From Barthelona sp. PAP020 (taxonomy: Eukaryota), in assembly GCA_040182905.1 (NCBI GenBank), contig JARQWU010000021.1:1-64000 (forward strand): DNA of 64,000 nt, read 5' to 3'. A model generated the notes under the pieces. The model was given only the letters and a program-made list of their open reading frames with translations. It searched no databases and had not been told where the DNA came from. Below, in pieces: positions 1-9,161 of this stretch; positions within the stretch are counted from its first letter, which is position 1, and each line of letters opens with the position of its first letter. The position numbers and the translations under genes are program-made.

Positions 1-86
1 AAGCCTATTTGAGAGAACAAGCAGAAGCTGCAAAAGAAAATGAACAAGAAAAAGATGATGATGAGGATAATGAAAGCGATTATTAA
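1..86 (+). CDS. 3' end of a gene entering from the left edge (acidic C-terminus)
   Basis: The frame from position 3 reads AYLREQAEAAKENEQEKDDDEDNESDY* (TAA 84-86). TGTAAAG follows immediately, matching the 3' motif seen after other genes. Confidence 0.6.
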   Translation, partial: AYLREQAEAAKENEQEKDDDEDNESDY

Positions 87-252
87 TTGTAAAGTTAGGT
101 ATAAATTGTGTTGTTATTTATTTTATTCAAATGAATCGAATTCAAAATGTCCTCCATCGTGGTTTGCACATTTGGGTGAACTTTATCAAATTGCCCAACA
201 AACAATAATGAAAGATTTGAAAAAGAATGCAAGAAGAAAAAAAGTTTTGAAG

Positions 253-1188
253 TCATTTATTATCAGTTGTATTTAAGTTAGTGGTCAAAAAAATATTAGT
301 GGGTATACCATATGTTCTTTGCAAGAAATCTATCAAAGGTTCAAATTTTTCATTAAATTTTAGCAGCAATTGGTTATCATTTTGCTTTAAATAGTATTGT
401 TTATTGTTGATTTCAAATAAATTTGAATTTAGTTTTGTTGGAGAAATTTGAAAATTTTCCCATCCATTCTTGATCAAAATTTTATTAACACAATTTATAC
501 AATGTAAAATATTGCAACTTTCAAAAGAAATCTTATTTCTGTGTGGTTTTCCTTTTTCCAAATTAAAAATATCTTTGAAATCAAAATGATACACTTCATT
601 TAATTTTTCTACTAGAACACAATTTTCAATGAACAATTGATCGTTTTCTTTTTTTACATGCTCGTACTTTTGTTTTGTCTTCTGATTCTCAAGAATTAAC
701 ATTTGATTGTGAATTTCGCAACTACGAAATTTTGTTGAATAAAAATCAATTTCTTTTGATGAATATTTAACAATTTCTCCTAAAACATGAAAATGTTTTG
801 ATATTTCATTTGTATTTACATCACTTGTTGAAAAATTTTCAAAACTTGATTTCAGACTTTTGAGGGTGTTAAAAATTTCATCCAAATCTTTGGATAATGA
901 AGAATTAACTAACTTATTTGAACAAAATGTTCTTCCTTTTTCCAAATGAACAATCTCTTTTGATTCTGCTTGAAATTTCTTTTCACCACAATCAATATCT
1001 TTTCTATACATTTCATAATCACATATTTGTTTATACGAATTGATTTCATTCCGTAAACTTTCATTTTCTTTTGCAATTGCATTGTATTTCTTTAGTAATT
1101 TGTCATATTCAATTCTTAACTTCTTGATATTGTCATTATTATTTGAATTCGATAATGAATTGAGCAAAACCGACAAACTATGATTCAT
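253..1188 (-). CDS. Coiled-coil protein with a possible divergent C-terminal GAS2/GAR-like domain
   Basis: 311-aa ORF with heptad-rich segments. The C-terminal FQISPTK..NLFEINNKQYYLK..NQLLLKFNEKFEPLIDFLQRTY follows the remembered GAR spacing but lacks VRVGGGW. Confidence 0.55.
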   Translation of the reverse strand: MNHSLSVLLNSLSNSNNNDNIKKLRIEYDKLLKKYNAIAKENESLRNEINSYKQICDYEMYRKDIDCGEKKFQAESKEIVHLEKGRTFCSNKLVNSSLSKDLDEIFNTLKSLKSSFENFSTSDVNTNEISKHFHVLGEIVKYSSKEIDFYSTKFRSCEIHNQMLILENQKTKQKYEHVKKENDQLFIENCVLVEKLNEVYHFDFKDIFNLEKGKPHRNKISFESCNILHCINCVNKILIKNGWENFQISPTKLNSNLFEINNKQYYLKQNDNQLLLKFNEKFEPLIDFLQRTYGIPTNIFLTTNLNTTDNK

Positions 1189-1227
1189 TTGAATAAAAGA
1201 AAAAAAAAAAGAAAATCATATGACAGT

Positions 1228-1988
1228 TTATTCTTGTTCATCAACTTGTTGTTCTTTTTCATCACTCAATCTTTCAACGATATTCTTAATGGTATCAGCA
1301 TCCAAGAATTCAACATCATTCTGTGTAATAACAGCAATTTCTACAGTTTTATTACTATCAACAACTTCTAACAGACTTTTAACAGCTAAATCAATGGTAG
1401 ATTCACAATTTAATTCTGGTTCCCAGTTCTTTTCCAAGAATTCAGTCACCATTTTTGAATTTTTACCAACAGCATGAGCAAACCATTCAGTTTTGATACC
1501 TGAGGGCTGTGTGACATATAAACATGGTTTTCCTTCATTTGAAATACCTCCTAATAAACACATGACACCAAAAGGTCGCACACCAGAAGATTGTGTATAT
1601 TTTTGTTGAGTCTCAGCCAAGAAACGAGCAATATGATTGATGCTAGCTGGTTCTCCCATAGTTAATCTGTAAGATTGAGCTTCTCTACAAGCTTTATTGA
1701 CTAATACACGTCCATCAGCAGTAATTCCTGCAAAAGCAACACAAGCATGGTCATCAACTCTGCATAACTTTTTCACAGTTCGATTATCTTGTAATTTTTG
1801 GGCAGATTTCATTTCAACAGCTAAAACTACACAATCAGCACCAACAACACCAACCTAAAAGAGTTAGAAATTCATCAAATACAATAAAATACTGCACATG
1901 TTCCTTTTTTCACAGCTTCTGTAGCATATTGAACTTGAAGTAACTGTCCATCGGGGGAAAATACAGTGATTGCACGATCGTAACGCAT
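1228..1988 (-). CDS. PSMA7: 20S proteasome subunit alpha type-7 (alpha4); two exons, 1988-1893 and 1854-1228
   Basis: Exon 1 (missed by the ORF track) reads [32 protein letters not shown], the alpha-subunit signature. It splices in frame to [17 protein letters not shown]... Downstream motifs are [12 protein letters not shown] and [13 protein letters not shown]. Confidence 0.95.
1855..1892 (-). other. 38-nt spliceosomal intron in proteasome alpha4
   Basis: Minus strand reads GTATTTTATTGTATTTGATGAATTTCTAACTCTTTTAG: GT..AG ends and a CTAAC branch motif. Removing it restores the conserved frame. Confidence 0.93.
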
Positions 1989-2045
1989 GGTAATATGAAA
2001 AAACAATTCTTGAACAGGAGATGTATTGCATTTTTTTTATCATTG

Positions 2046-2675
2046 ATGACAGATGTTTTAAAAAGTTTAGACATCGGTCAAGTTATTACCGAACCGTTAA
2101 TTGAAACATTAAATGCTCAAGCATTGTTGTCAAGCAGCACACTTAATTTTATCAAAGAGCTTTGTTTCAAATCTGATGAAAATGATGAAGAAGAAGACGA
2201 AGATCTCCTTGAATTTGGAGATACTGATGAGTTGAATGAAAATGAAGATGAAGAAAGTGAAAATGCAGAATCTGATAACAAAGCAAAACTTGCAACTCTT
2301 CCAGTTAATTGGGACATAGAGGGAACGAAAATTCGATTTGATGTTCCGATGTTGTGTTTAGTCCATATTCCCAATTTGCAAATTGAAACTTTTGATGTGT
2401 CATTTTCTTTGGAAGTACACCAACATTCATACACATCTAAATCTCGAAGTGAGCACAAATCATGGACTTATACAAAATACTCTGCTTTTAGTTCTACTAA
2501 ACGATGGGGAGGATCGCGAAGTACCACATCTAAGTTTACTCGAAGTACTGATACTACGAGTAAATATAATATTCATGTGAGAGCGAAGAATAAAGGTCCC
2601 ACTGAAGGGATGAGTCGTATTGTTAATTTAATGAATAAAATGATATCAAACACACCAGAATTTAGTTCTCAGTGA
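2046..2675 (+). CDS. DUF2589-like protein with an acidic insertion
   Basis: Motifs LDIGQVITEPL..LNAQALLS.ST.NFIKE.CF, DVPMLCLVHIPNLQIE.FDVSFSLEV and STD.TSKYNIHVRA....P.EGMSRIVNLM match my recollection of DUF2589. The ATG at 2046 follows a T-tract and is preferred over 1995. Confidence 0.8.
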   Translation: MTDVLKSLDIGQVITEPLIETLNAQALLSSSTLNFIKELCFKSDENDEEEDEDLLEFGDTDELNENEDEESENAESDNKAKLATLPVNWDIEGTKIRFDVPMLCLVHIPNLQIETFDVSFSLEVHQHSYTSKSRSEHKSWTYTKYSAFSSTKRWGGSRSTTSKFTRSTDTTSKYNIHVRAKNKGPTEGMSRIVNLMNKMISNTPEFSSQ

Positions 2676-2889
2676 TATTTTATGTGTATTTGGCTTGTAT
2701 ATTTTGTAAATTGAATGTTGATTGAATATTTGTTATTTGTTTTCTCACAGCTGCAATTTTTCGTCAAAAAATAATAACAGCTGGTTTTGAAGGGGTCATT
2801 TAACTTTGGTGTTCAAAATAAAAAGTGAATCAAGTTCTATTTTAAAAATTGTATTTAGCTTTTTACTGTGATTTATTCGAAAGTCAAGG

Positions 2890-5316
2890 ATGTCGAAAAC
2901 ATCTCGAAAGATCATACCTGGAGAATTTGAAATATTGAAGGATGAAGAAATGTTGATAATTCATTTTGAAACTGAAACTACAACTTTTGATGAAAATAAT
3001 ACCATTATTAATTCAGAAAATCAACAATATCAGCGAAAAGTTAATTTGAAAGGAATAGTCAATGAAGATATTGAAGCTTTTGCTTCAGAAATTTATGAGA
3101 AGTCACATAAAATAATGTCTAAGATGAGATTACCTGAGTTAATTGGCCTGTTGCAAGAATATCAGGAAGAGTTGTATGAAGTTGAGATGGATAATACTTC
3201 AAATATTTCAATGAACCTCTTGAACCTCGTCAAAACTTGTTATATACCGCCTAAACCAACAAAAACCAAAGTTTCAATGAAATCAATTGATAATGTTTAC
3301 ATGGAAATGTTGTATGAAATTGATGACAATTCAGAAGTTGCCAAAGAAGCCATATTGTGTATCATTGAACTGTCTAAGAATTTGAACAATCTGGAAGTAA
3401 TTATTGAAAATGTACCTTTGATGAATATTTTGACCAGAGTTTTAGGAGATATAACAGCTTATGAAAAAAATGCTACTGAAAGGGATATTTCAGCAAACTT
3501 GTATTTGGTGTATTTTTTTTATTTGCTTTCTTGTCAACAAAGTATTGATGTTGAAACTGGTATTCCATATTCTCCCAGTATTGCTGTTTTGTACAATCAT
3601 AACATTATTGATATGATCATGAGCAATTTAAAGGCTCAAATTACACTATTTCAAGAAGAACAAAAGCGTGTAAAAGCTTTGGTCAAAGACAAATCTGCGG
3701 ATGCAAGGGATGAGCTGAAATACTTCAAAAATTTTCAAAAACGACAAATTAATTTATTGGTTGTGTGTTTGAATCTTTTAAGAAACCTTATTGCCAACCC
3801 TGAGGTTGAAAAACGGTTGTTAGAAAAAAAGAAATTAATTCAAACGCTGATTGTATTGATGAAATGCTACCCATTAAAATCAGATTCTAACCGTTCATTG
3901 AATGCATTGTATACACTTGTTCTAGCCTTATTATGGCAATTCAGCATTATGAAACCGAATAAAGACACATTAAAGAAACACAAATTTCCAAAAATGATAT
4001 TTGACATGCTTGTTTATTTTGACAAATTGGACATCACTGTTTTAGAGTTGTTATTGCGAACTCTTTACAACCTTTGTTTTGATGAAGAAATTCGAAGAAG
4101 TCTCGTTTCACAACATAATATTCTTGGGTTCTTTAATTCTTTTCTTAGCAGTATTCGTCAATATACAGTGATACACACATATATTTTCAAAATTTTGTAT
4201 TTAATTACCAGAGATCAGTCATCTAACACTATTTTAGCTGAAGATCATGATTTAATCATAAGATTGCATGCCATTATTTGTGATTATCCGGAAGAGAATT
4301 TACCCGTTGAGTTTACTTGTGCCTTAATTAATATGAGTCATAATTTTGATGCTACATATACTCTATTTGCTTGTGGTATGGAAGTTGACACAATTGTTGA
4401 GGTATTCAAGGCTTTAGACAAAGCAATTGCATCTGGACATCCTGTTAACTTCGATATCAATGAATATTTGGTTAATGGTGTCTTTTCAATTATCGATCGA
4501 TATCATACATATAAAGACTTCTTATTGTTGAAATTGCTTTTAGTTATGTACAGATCCTTGTTGAAGAATCCAAATCATCCTCATACTAAAGTCTTTGGAA
4601 GATGTTTGAGTATTAGTTTGAGTAAAATCATTGTTCCCATCATGGAAAGCATTGATGAAGCTCATATCGTAATTGGATTTGAATTTTTGGGACTATCTCT
4701 TGCTTTGGATAAAGATATTCAGGTACAACAATTGATTAATCATGGAATAGTCAGTTTTATTGGTAATTTATTCCAAAAACCTTTAGCAGATGATCTTTGG
4801 TTGGCTAGTATTCATATTTTAGTTGAATTGATAACCAACTTTGATATTTGTCATCAAATATGCGATACAGGGATAGCAGCTTTAGTAGCTGATAGACTTC
4901 ATCATTATTTCTTTGATGACACAATTGTTATTGAGTCTTTAATGTTGTTGTATAAGTTATGTTTTGATGATGAAGCCAGGTATTATCTGGTATCTGAAAC
5001 ATCGTTTGTTAGTCAAATTGTATTTATTTTTGGAGACTTAAATGAGTCCATACAAACAATTTTGGAGGACCTGTTTGCTTTACTTATCGAGTCAGATCCT
5101 TTGGGTGAAATTGAGGTTCCTCTAAACAACATTGAATTTACTTTTGATTACAAAAAGTTTGGTGATATACAAAATACTTATAAAGCATCATATGAACAAG
5201 AATATGATGCAAGCCCCCTTTCTTTTTCAAATAGAAATGTTCAAAGTTTGAAAGAAATCTTAAAGAAAAGAAGATTTGAAGTGTGGAATATTGAATGGAT
5301 TCAGGAAATGGATTGA
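2890..5316 (+). CDS. KIFAP3: Kinesin-associated protein 3 (kinesin-II accessory subunit, armadillo repeats)
   Basis: IDNVYMEMLYE...CIIELSKNLNNLEVIIEN..LMNILTRVLGD matches the KAP3 block. It also has LRTLYNLCFDEEIR and a C-terminal RRFEVWN.EW. 808 aa. Confidence 0.85.
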   Translation: MSKTSRKIIPGEFEILKDEEMLIIHFETETTTFDENNTIINSENQQYQRKVNLKGIVNEDIEAFASEIYEKSHKIMSKMRLPELIGLLQEYQEELYEVEMDNTSNISMNLLNLVKTCYIPPKPTKTKVSMKSIDNVYMEMLYEIDDNSEVAKEAILCIIELSKNLNNLEVIIENVPLMNILTRVLGDITAYEKNATERDISANLYLVYFFYLLSCQQSIDVETGIPYSPSIAVLYNHNIIDMIMSNLKAQITLFQEEQKRVKALVKDKSADARDELKYFKNFQKRQINLLVVCLNLLRNLIANPEVEKRLLEKKKLIQTLIVLMKCYPLKSDSNRSLNALYTLVLALLWQFSIMKPNKDTLKKHKFPKMIFDMLVYFDKLDITVLELLLRTLYNLCFDEEIRRSLVSQHNILGFFNSFLSSIRQYTVIHTYIFKILYLITRDQSSNTILAEDHDLIIRLHAIICDYPEENLPVEFTCALINMSHNFDATYTLFACGMEVDTIVEVFKALDKAIASGHPVNFDINEYLVNGVFSIIDRYHTYKDFLLLKLLLVMYRSLLKNPNHPHTKVFGRCLSISLSKIIVPIMESIDEAHIVIGFEFLGLSLALDKDIQVQQLINHGIVSFIGNLFQKPLADDLWLASIHILVELITNFDICHQICDTGIAALVADRLHHYFFDDTIVIESLMLLYKLCFDDEARYYLVSETSFVSQIVFIFGDLNESIQTILEDLFALLIESDPLGEIEVPLNNIEFTFDYKKFGDIQNTYKASYEQEYDASPLSFSNRNVQSLKEILKKRRFEVWNIEWIQEMD

Positions 5317-5531
5317 TTTTCAATTTTTATATGCGAATATTATTATTATAAACGATTTTTGTCCTTATTTATTGTTGTTAATATCTAAAAGTTTATAAAT
5401 CATGTTCAAAATGATTTTTTTATCCGTGAATAATTTTTTTCATTGATTACACAAACCAAATGGTCTATTCTTTGCTCTCTTATGAAAATAAGTTGACGTT
5501 CTTAAAAACAATTTAATAACAAATTAAATAA

Positions 5532-5989
5532 NNNNNNNNNNNNNNNNNNNNNNNNNNNNNNNNNNNNNNNNNNNNNNNNNNNNNNNNNNNNNNNNNNNNN
5601 NNNNNNNNNNNNNNNNNNNNNNNNNNNNNNNNNNNNNNNNNNNNNNNNNNNNNNNNNNNNNNNNNNNNNNNNNNNNNNNNNNNNNNNNNNNNNNNNNNNN
5701 NNNNNNNNNNNNNNNNNNNNNNNNNNNNNNNNNNNNNNNNNNNNNNNNNNNNNNNNNNNNNNNNNNNNNNNNNNNNNNNNNNNNNNNNNNNNNNNNNNNN
5801 NNNNNNNNNNNNNNNNNNNNNNNNNNNNNNNNNNNNNNNNNNNNNNNNNNNNNNNNNNNNNNNNNNNNNNNNNNNNNNNNNNNNNNNNNNNNNNNNNNNN
5901 NNNNNNNNNNNNNNNNNNNNNNNNNNNNNNNNNNNNNNNNNNNNNNNNNNNNNNNNNNNNNNNNNNNNNNNNNNNNNNNNNNNNNNNNN
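5532..5989. other. Assembly gap (458 N)
   Basis: Run of n characters. Confidence 1.
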
Positions 5990-6181
5990 TTTTTCTTTCC
6001 AAAAAACAATAAATATTCAATTCAATTTATATTTCTCAATATTTATTCATAATAACAAGAGTTTCTTTTTTTTTTTTGGCCTTTTTGCATGAAAATTAGA
6101 GCAAAATCTGCACAAACAAACAAAAAATGAAAATAAATTGTTAAAAAAGAAAGTTGAAAATTTTTCATTTCTGTTAATCAT

Positions 6182-8062
6182 ATGTCAATTCCATTAATCA
6201 TTGATTATGGAGCACATAGCATTAAAGTAGGTTATGCAGGAGATTTGGATCCAACGATACAATTGAACAATATCACTGCCAAATTTAAAAACAGAACAAC
6301 GAATGAAACTGTTCTTCTTTATGGGTACGAAAATGAAGATATGGATATTTATAGACAAACAATTCGTTCCCCAGTTGATGGTAATCTCTTTTCGAATATG
6401 CAATGGAATGAATTGATATTTGACCACATTTTTGAAGAGATGTCCTTGGGGTATTCAAATGATAACAAAGTTATGAATTCGTTGGGGTGTCCTGTTATAT
6501 GTACAGAAGCACCAGGTAATACTTGGTGGAGTCGACGATTATTTCACGAGCTTTTATTTGAAGCTTATTCAGCACCAACTGTTTTAACTGGTGTCGATTC
6601 GTTATTTGCAACTGAGTTATATTGTAATCATCACATTGATTTTTCAAATGAAATTGCATCACAGTCAAACAGATTTTTATTATCTCCCAATGATCCCTTA
6701 ATTGTTATTGATGTTGGTAGTAATTTTACTCATATATATCCAATGGAAAATAGAGCAAATGATGGATATTATCCCATTTGGGAATGTGCTGCTCGACTAC
6801 CTTTTGGAGGAAGTGATGTGAGTAATCAATTGATGAGCAGGTTGCATTTTCATTATCCAGCATTGCTTACTGAACCAAATTTTTCATCTTTAAGATATAT
6901 TGAACAAATAAAGCATCAATTTTGTTACATTCCACCAATTTATCTTTCTGAATTGAGAAAATGGACTCAAGACAAAATATCAAATGTTAGTCATATTTGT
7001 TTTAACAATAATGCTATTAAACAGTTGGAGGAAGATGCATACCAGTATGAAAATGGAATTAAAATTGAGATTGAACATCCTTGGAAAACTGGAGAGCGTG
7101 ATAAATGGTTGAATGATACATTGACAACATATCAAAATCTGATATCAGAAATAAAGAATTATCAAAGACAAAAAGAAGACAGACATGCAGCACAGTCAAA
7201 AAGATTACGAACTATTTCCGAAAAACGCTCTGCTTCTGTTCCTGCAAAAGGAAAAAGACGTAGTAGAAGTCGAACTCCTCAAGTTGAGGAAGATCAATTC
7301 GGTTTACAAGAGGAAGATTGGGCTATTTATCATGAAGTTAGTATTGAAGAGTTAGAAGCAAAAATTGCCAAAACAAGAGCTCTAACTGAAGAACTTGAAG
7401 CTCTGTTGGTTCGTTGGGATGATGATTTTATTCCTCAAATGCGTACCAGGTTAGGAGCTGTTGATGGTCCTTGGTCAATATTAACTACGGGTCGATTACC
7501 CAGGGATTTACATTTTGAAAATGTTTGGTATTTCGATGATCATATGCTTTTGAAAGAGTTATCTCCTTTATCAACGCGTAAAAGCGATGATACTGAAAAA
7601 CCAGTTTATAATCGTAGTTTTTTCAATTTTATTCATTTGAGTCATGAAAAAATTACTGCACCAGAGATATTGTTTCAACCTAACATCATTGGGTATAATA
7701 TAGCAGGAATTTCTGATGCGACTTTGCAAGTTGTTGAATCTTTATCCAAGCAATATGCTGAAATAAAGAATTTAAATGTGTTTGTTACTGGAGGAGCCTC
7801 GAATATGAGGGGGTTTTCTGAAAGAATAATGACAGATTTGACATGTAATTTGCCAATAGCCACAAAAATCAATGTTTTACAAACTGATGATAGTCAATTA
7901 GATGCTTTTAGAGGTATGAGTTACGTTGGTAGTTCTTTTGAAGATTATGAAGCAATGGCTTTGACTGCAGATGAGTATTTTGAACAAGGAATTGAACGAA
8001 TAATAGAAAAGAGCAACAGATTAAGCAATAAATATTATTCACCTTACAAAGGTAAGAAGTGA
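6182..8062 (+). CDS. ACTR5: Actin-related protein 5 (INO80 complex)
   Basis: Actin-fold motifs IIDYGAHSIKVGYAG, ELLFEAYSAP, APEILFQP and VFVTGG. A large charged insertion contains DQFGLQEEDWAIY, typical of Arp5. Confidence 0.88.
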   Translation: MSIPLIIDYGAHSIKVGYAGDLDPTIQLNNITAKFKNRTTNETVLLYGYENEDMDIYRQTIRSPVDGNLFSNMQWNELIFDHIFEEMSLGYSNDNKVMNSLGCPVICTEAPGNTWWSRRLFHELLFEAYSAPTVLTGVDSLFATELYCNHHIDFSNEIASQSNRFLLSPNDPLIVIDVGSNFTHIYPMENRANDGYYPIWECAARLPFGGSDVSNQLMSRLHFHYPALLTEPNFSSLRYIEQIKHQFCYIPPIYLSELRKWTQDKISNVSHICFNNNAIKQLEEDAYQYENGIKIEIEHPWKTGERDKWLNDTLTTYQNLISEIKNYQRQKEDRHAAQSKRLRTISEKRSASVPAKGKRRSRSRTPQVEEDQFGLQEEDWAIYHEVSIEELEAKIAKTRALTEELEALLVRWDDDFIPQMRTRLGAVDGPWSILTTGRLPRDLHFENVWYFDDHMLLKELSPLSTRKSDDTEKPVYNRSFFNFIHLSHEKITAPEILFQPNIIGYNIAGISDATLQVVESLSKQYAEIKNLNVFVTGGASNMRGFSERIMTDLTCNLPIATKINVLQTDDSQLDAFRGMSYVGSSFEDYEAMALTADEYFEQGIERIIEKSNRLSNKYYSPYKGKK

Positions 8063-8132
8063 AATAAACCAGACAATTCTTATAAAAAAAAACACACTCT
8101 CTTTTTTCTTTGACAAAGAGAGAACTTTACAT

Positions 8133-8642
8133 TCAATTGAAATGAGTGAAGAACTCATCAGAATCAGAACCATTTATAGCGATACAAACTTCACGAATAC
8201 CTTGACAAATATAGTCCAAAACATCAAAACCAGGTTGAAAAATCGCAAAACCAAAAGTAAAGTTTGTTGAACCTGTGGCAGATTTAGTCCACCACACTTC
8301 AGTATAATTTCCATTTTGAAGAACCTCTTTGAGTGTTTCAAGAGCTTTATCAATACATATTTTATTAGATCTTGTTAATTTTGTCCAATTTGGTCCTGTT
8401 GGAATTCCTAAACTATGTGTTTTCAACTGATCATTGACTTTATTTTGGTCATTATCAATTCTAATGGGTCTCACAACAGCATTTCCACCACCAGTCATCA
8501 AATCATCGGTGTTTTCCCATTGATACTTGTTTTCATTATATATTAATAATCTTCCAGGGAGATTTTTTCGCATCATGGCTCGATAGTCCCCAGTTTTTCC
8601 AAGGTATTTTCTGTCAAACTTCATTGCAATAAAACGTACCAT
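8133..8642 (-). CDS. Small alpha/beta protein resembling a phage/giant-virus/bacterial macrodomain-like family
   Basis: 169 aa with LLIYNEN, GGGNAVVRP, SLGIPTG, IDKA, FGFAIF and VLDYI, in the order I remember for an uncharacterised FxFNDN..GGGNAxIRP..GIPT family. TGTAAAG follows the stop. Confidence 0.6.
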   Translation of the reverse strand: MVRFIAMKFDRKYLGKTGDYRAMMRKNLPGRLLIYNENKYQWENTDDLMTGGGNAVVRPIRIDNDQNKVNDQLKTHSLGIPTGPNWTKLTRSNKICIDKALETLKEVLQNGNYTEVWWTKSATGSTNFTFGFAIFQPGFDVLDYICQGIREVCIAINGSDSDEFFTHFN

Positions 8643-8684
8643 TTTTTTTTTCGAAAAAAAAAAAAAATTAATGTTTTTTTAATA

Positions 8685-9017
8685 ATGTTAAACAATGCTA
8701 AAACTGAATTACTGTCTATTTTTAAAGAGTTAGAAGCTCATTGGCAGGTTTTAGAAGCTGAAATTAATGAGATTAATCATGATATTGAAGAATTGGAGCA
8801 ATGTGTTTTAAAATATGGAGACAATTTTAAAGCACCGCTACAATATTTGAAAGACCTTAAAAGATCCAAAAAACAAAAGATGAAGGAGATTATTCAAACA
8901 ATGGAATCTTTTAATTCAAATTTAGATGGTTCTCGTAGATTATTACGTTTATTAGAGAAGGATACACCAATTTCAGTCACAGAGAACTTTGTTCAAAGAA
9001 CCCTTTCAAGGAAATAA
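8685..9017 (+). CDS. SSNA1: Divergent SSNA1/NA14/DIP13-like microtubule-associated coiled-coil protein
   Basis: 110 aa. It aligns without gaps to the SSNA1 sequence as I remember it: LNNAKTELLSIFKEL vs LQNYNNELVKCIEEL, and LDGSRRLLRLLEKD vs LESSQTLLSVLKRE. Confidence 0.6.
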   Translation: MLNNAKTELLSIFKELEAHWQVLEAEINEINHDIEELEQCVLKYGDNFKAPLQYLKDLKRSKKQKMKEIIQTMESFNSNLDGSRRLLRLLEKDTPISVTENFVQRTLSRK

Positions 9018-9161
9018 TTTTTTTTTGTTAGGTTTAAAATAGTGTTGTAAATTATTGTTTTTATTTTTTTGAACATTTTGACCAAGATGTGAAGGAAAGA
9101 GGTTTGACAAATGCCCAAAATAAATGGTTCAAATTTTTATAATAATTTTTTTCTTTTACAA

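Noticed and set aside
5502..6020. ORFs of 172 and 161 aa in the track
   Set aside because: They are artefacts of translating the N gap.
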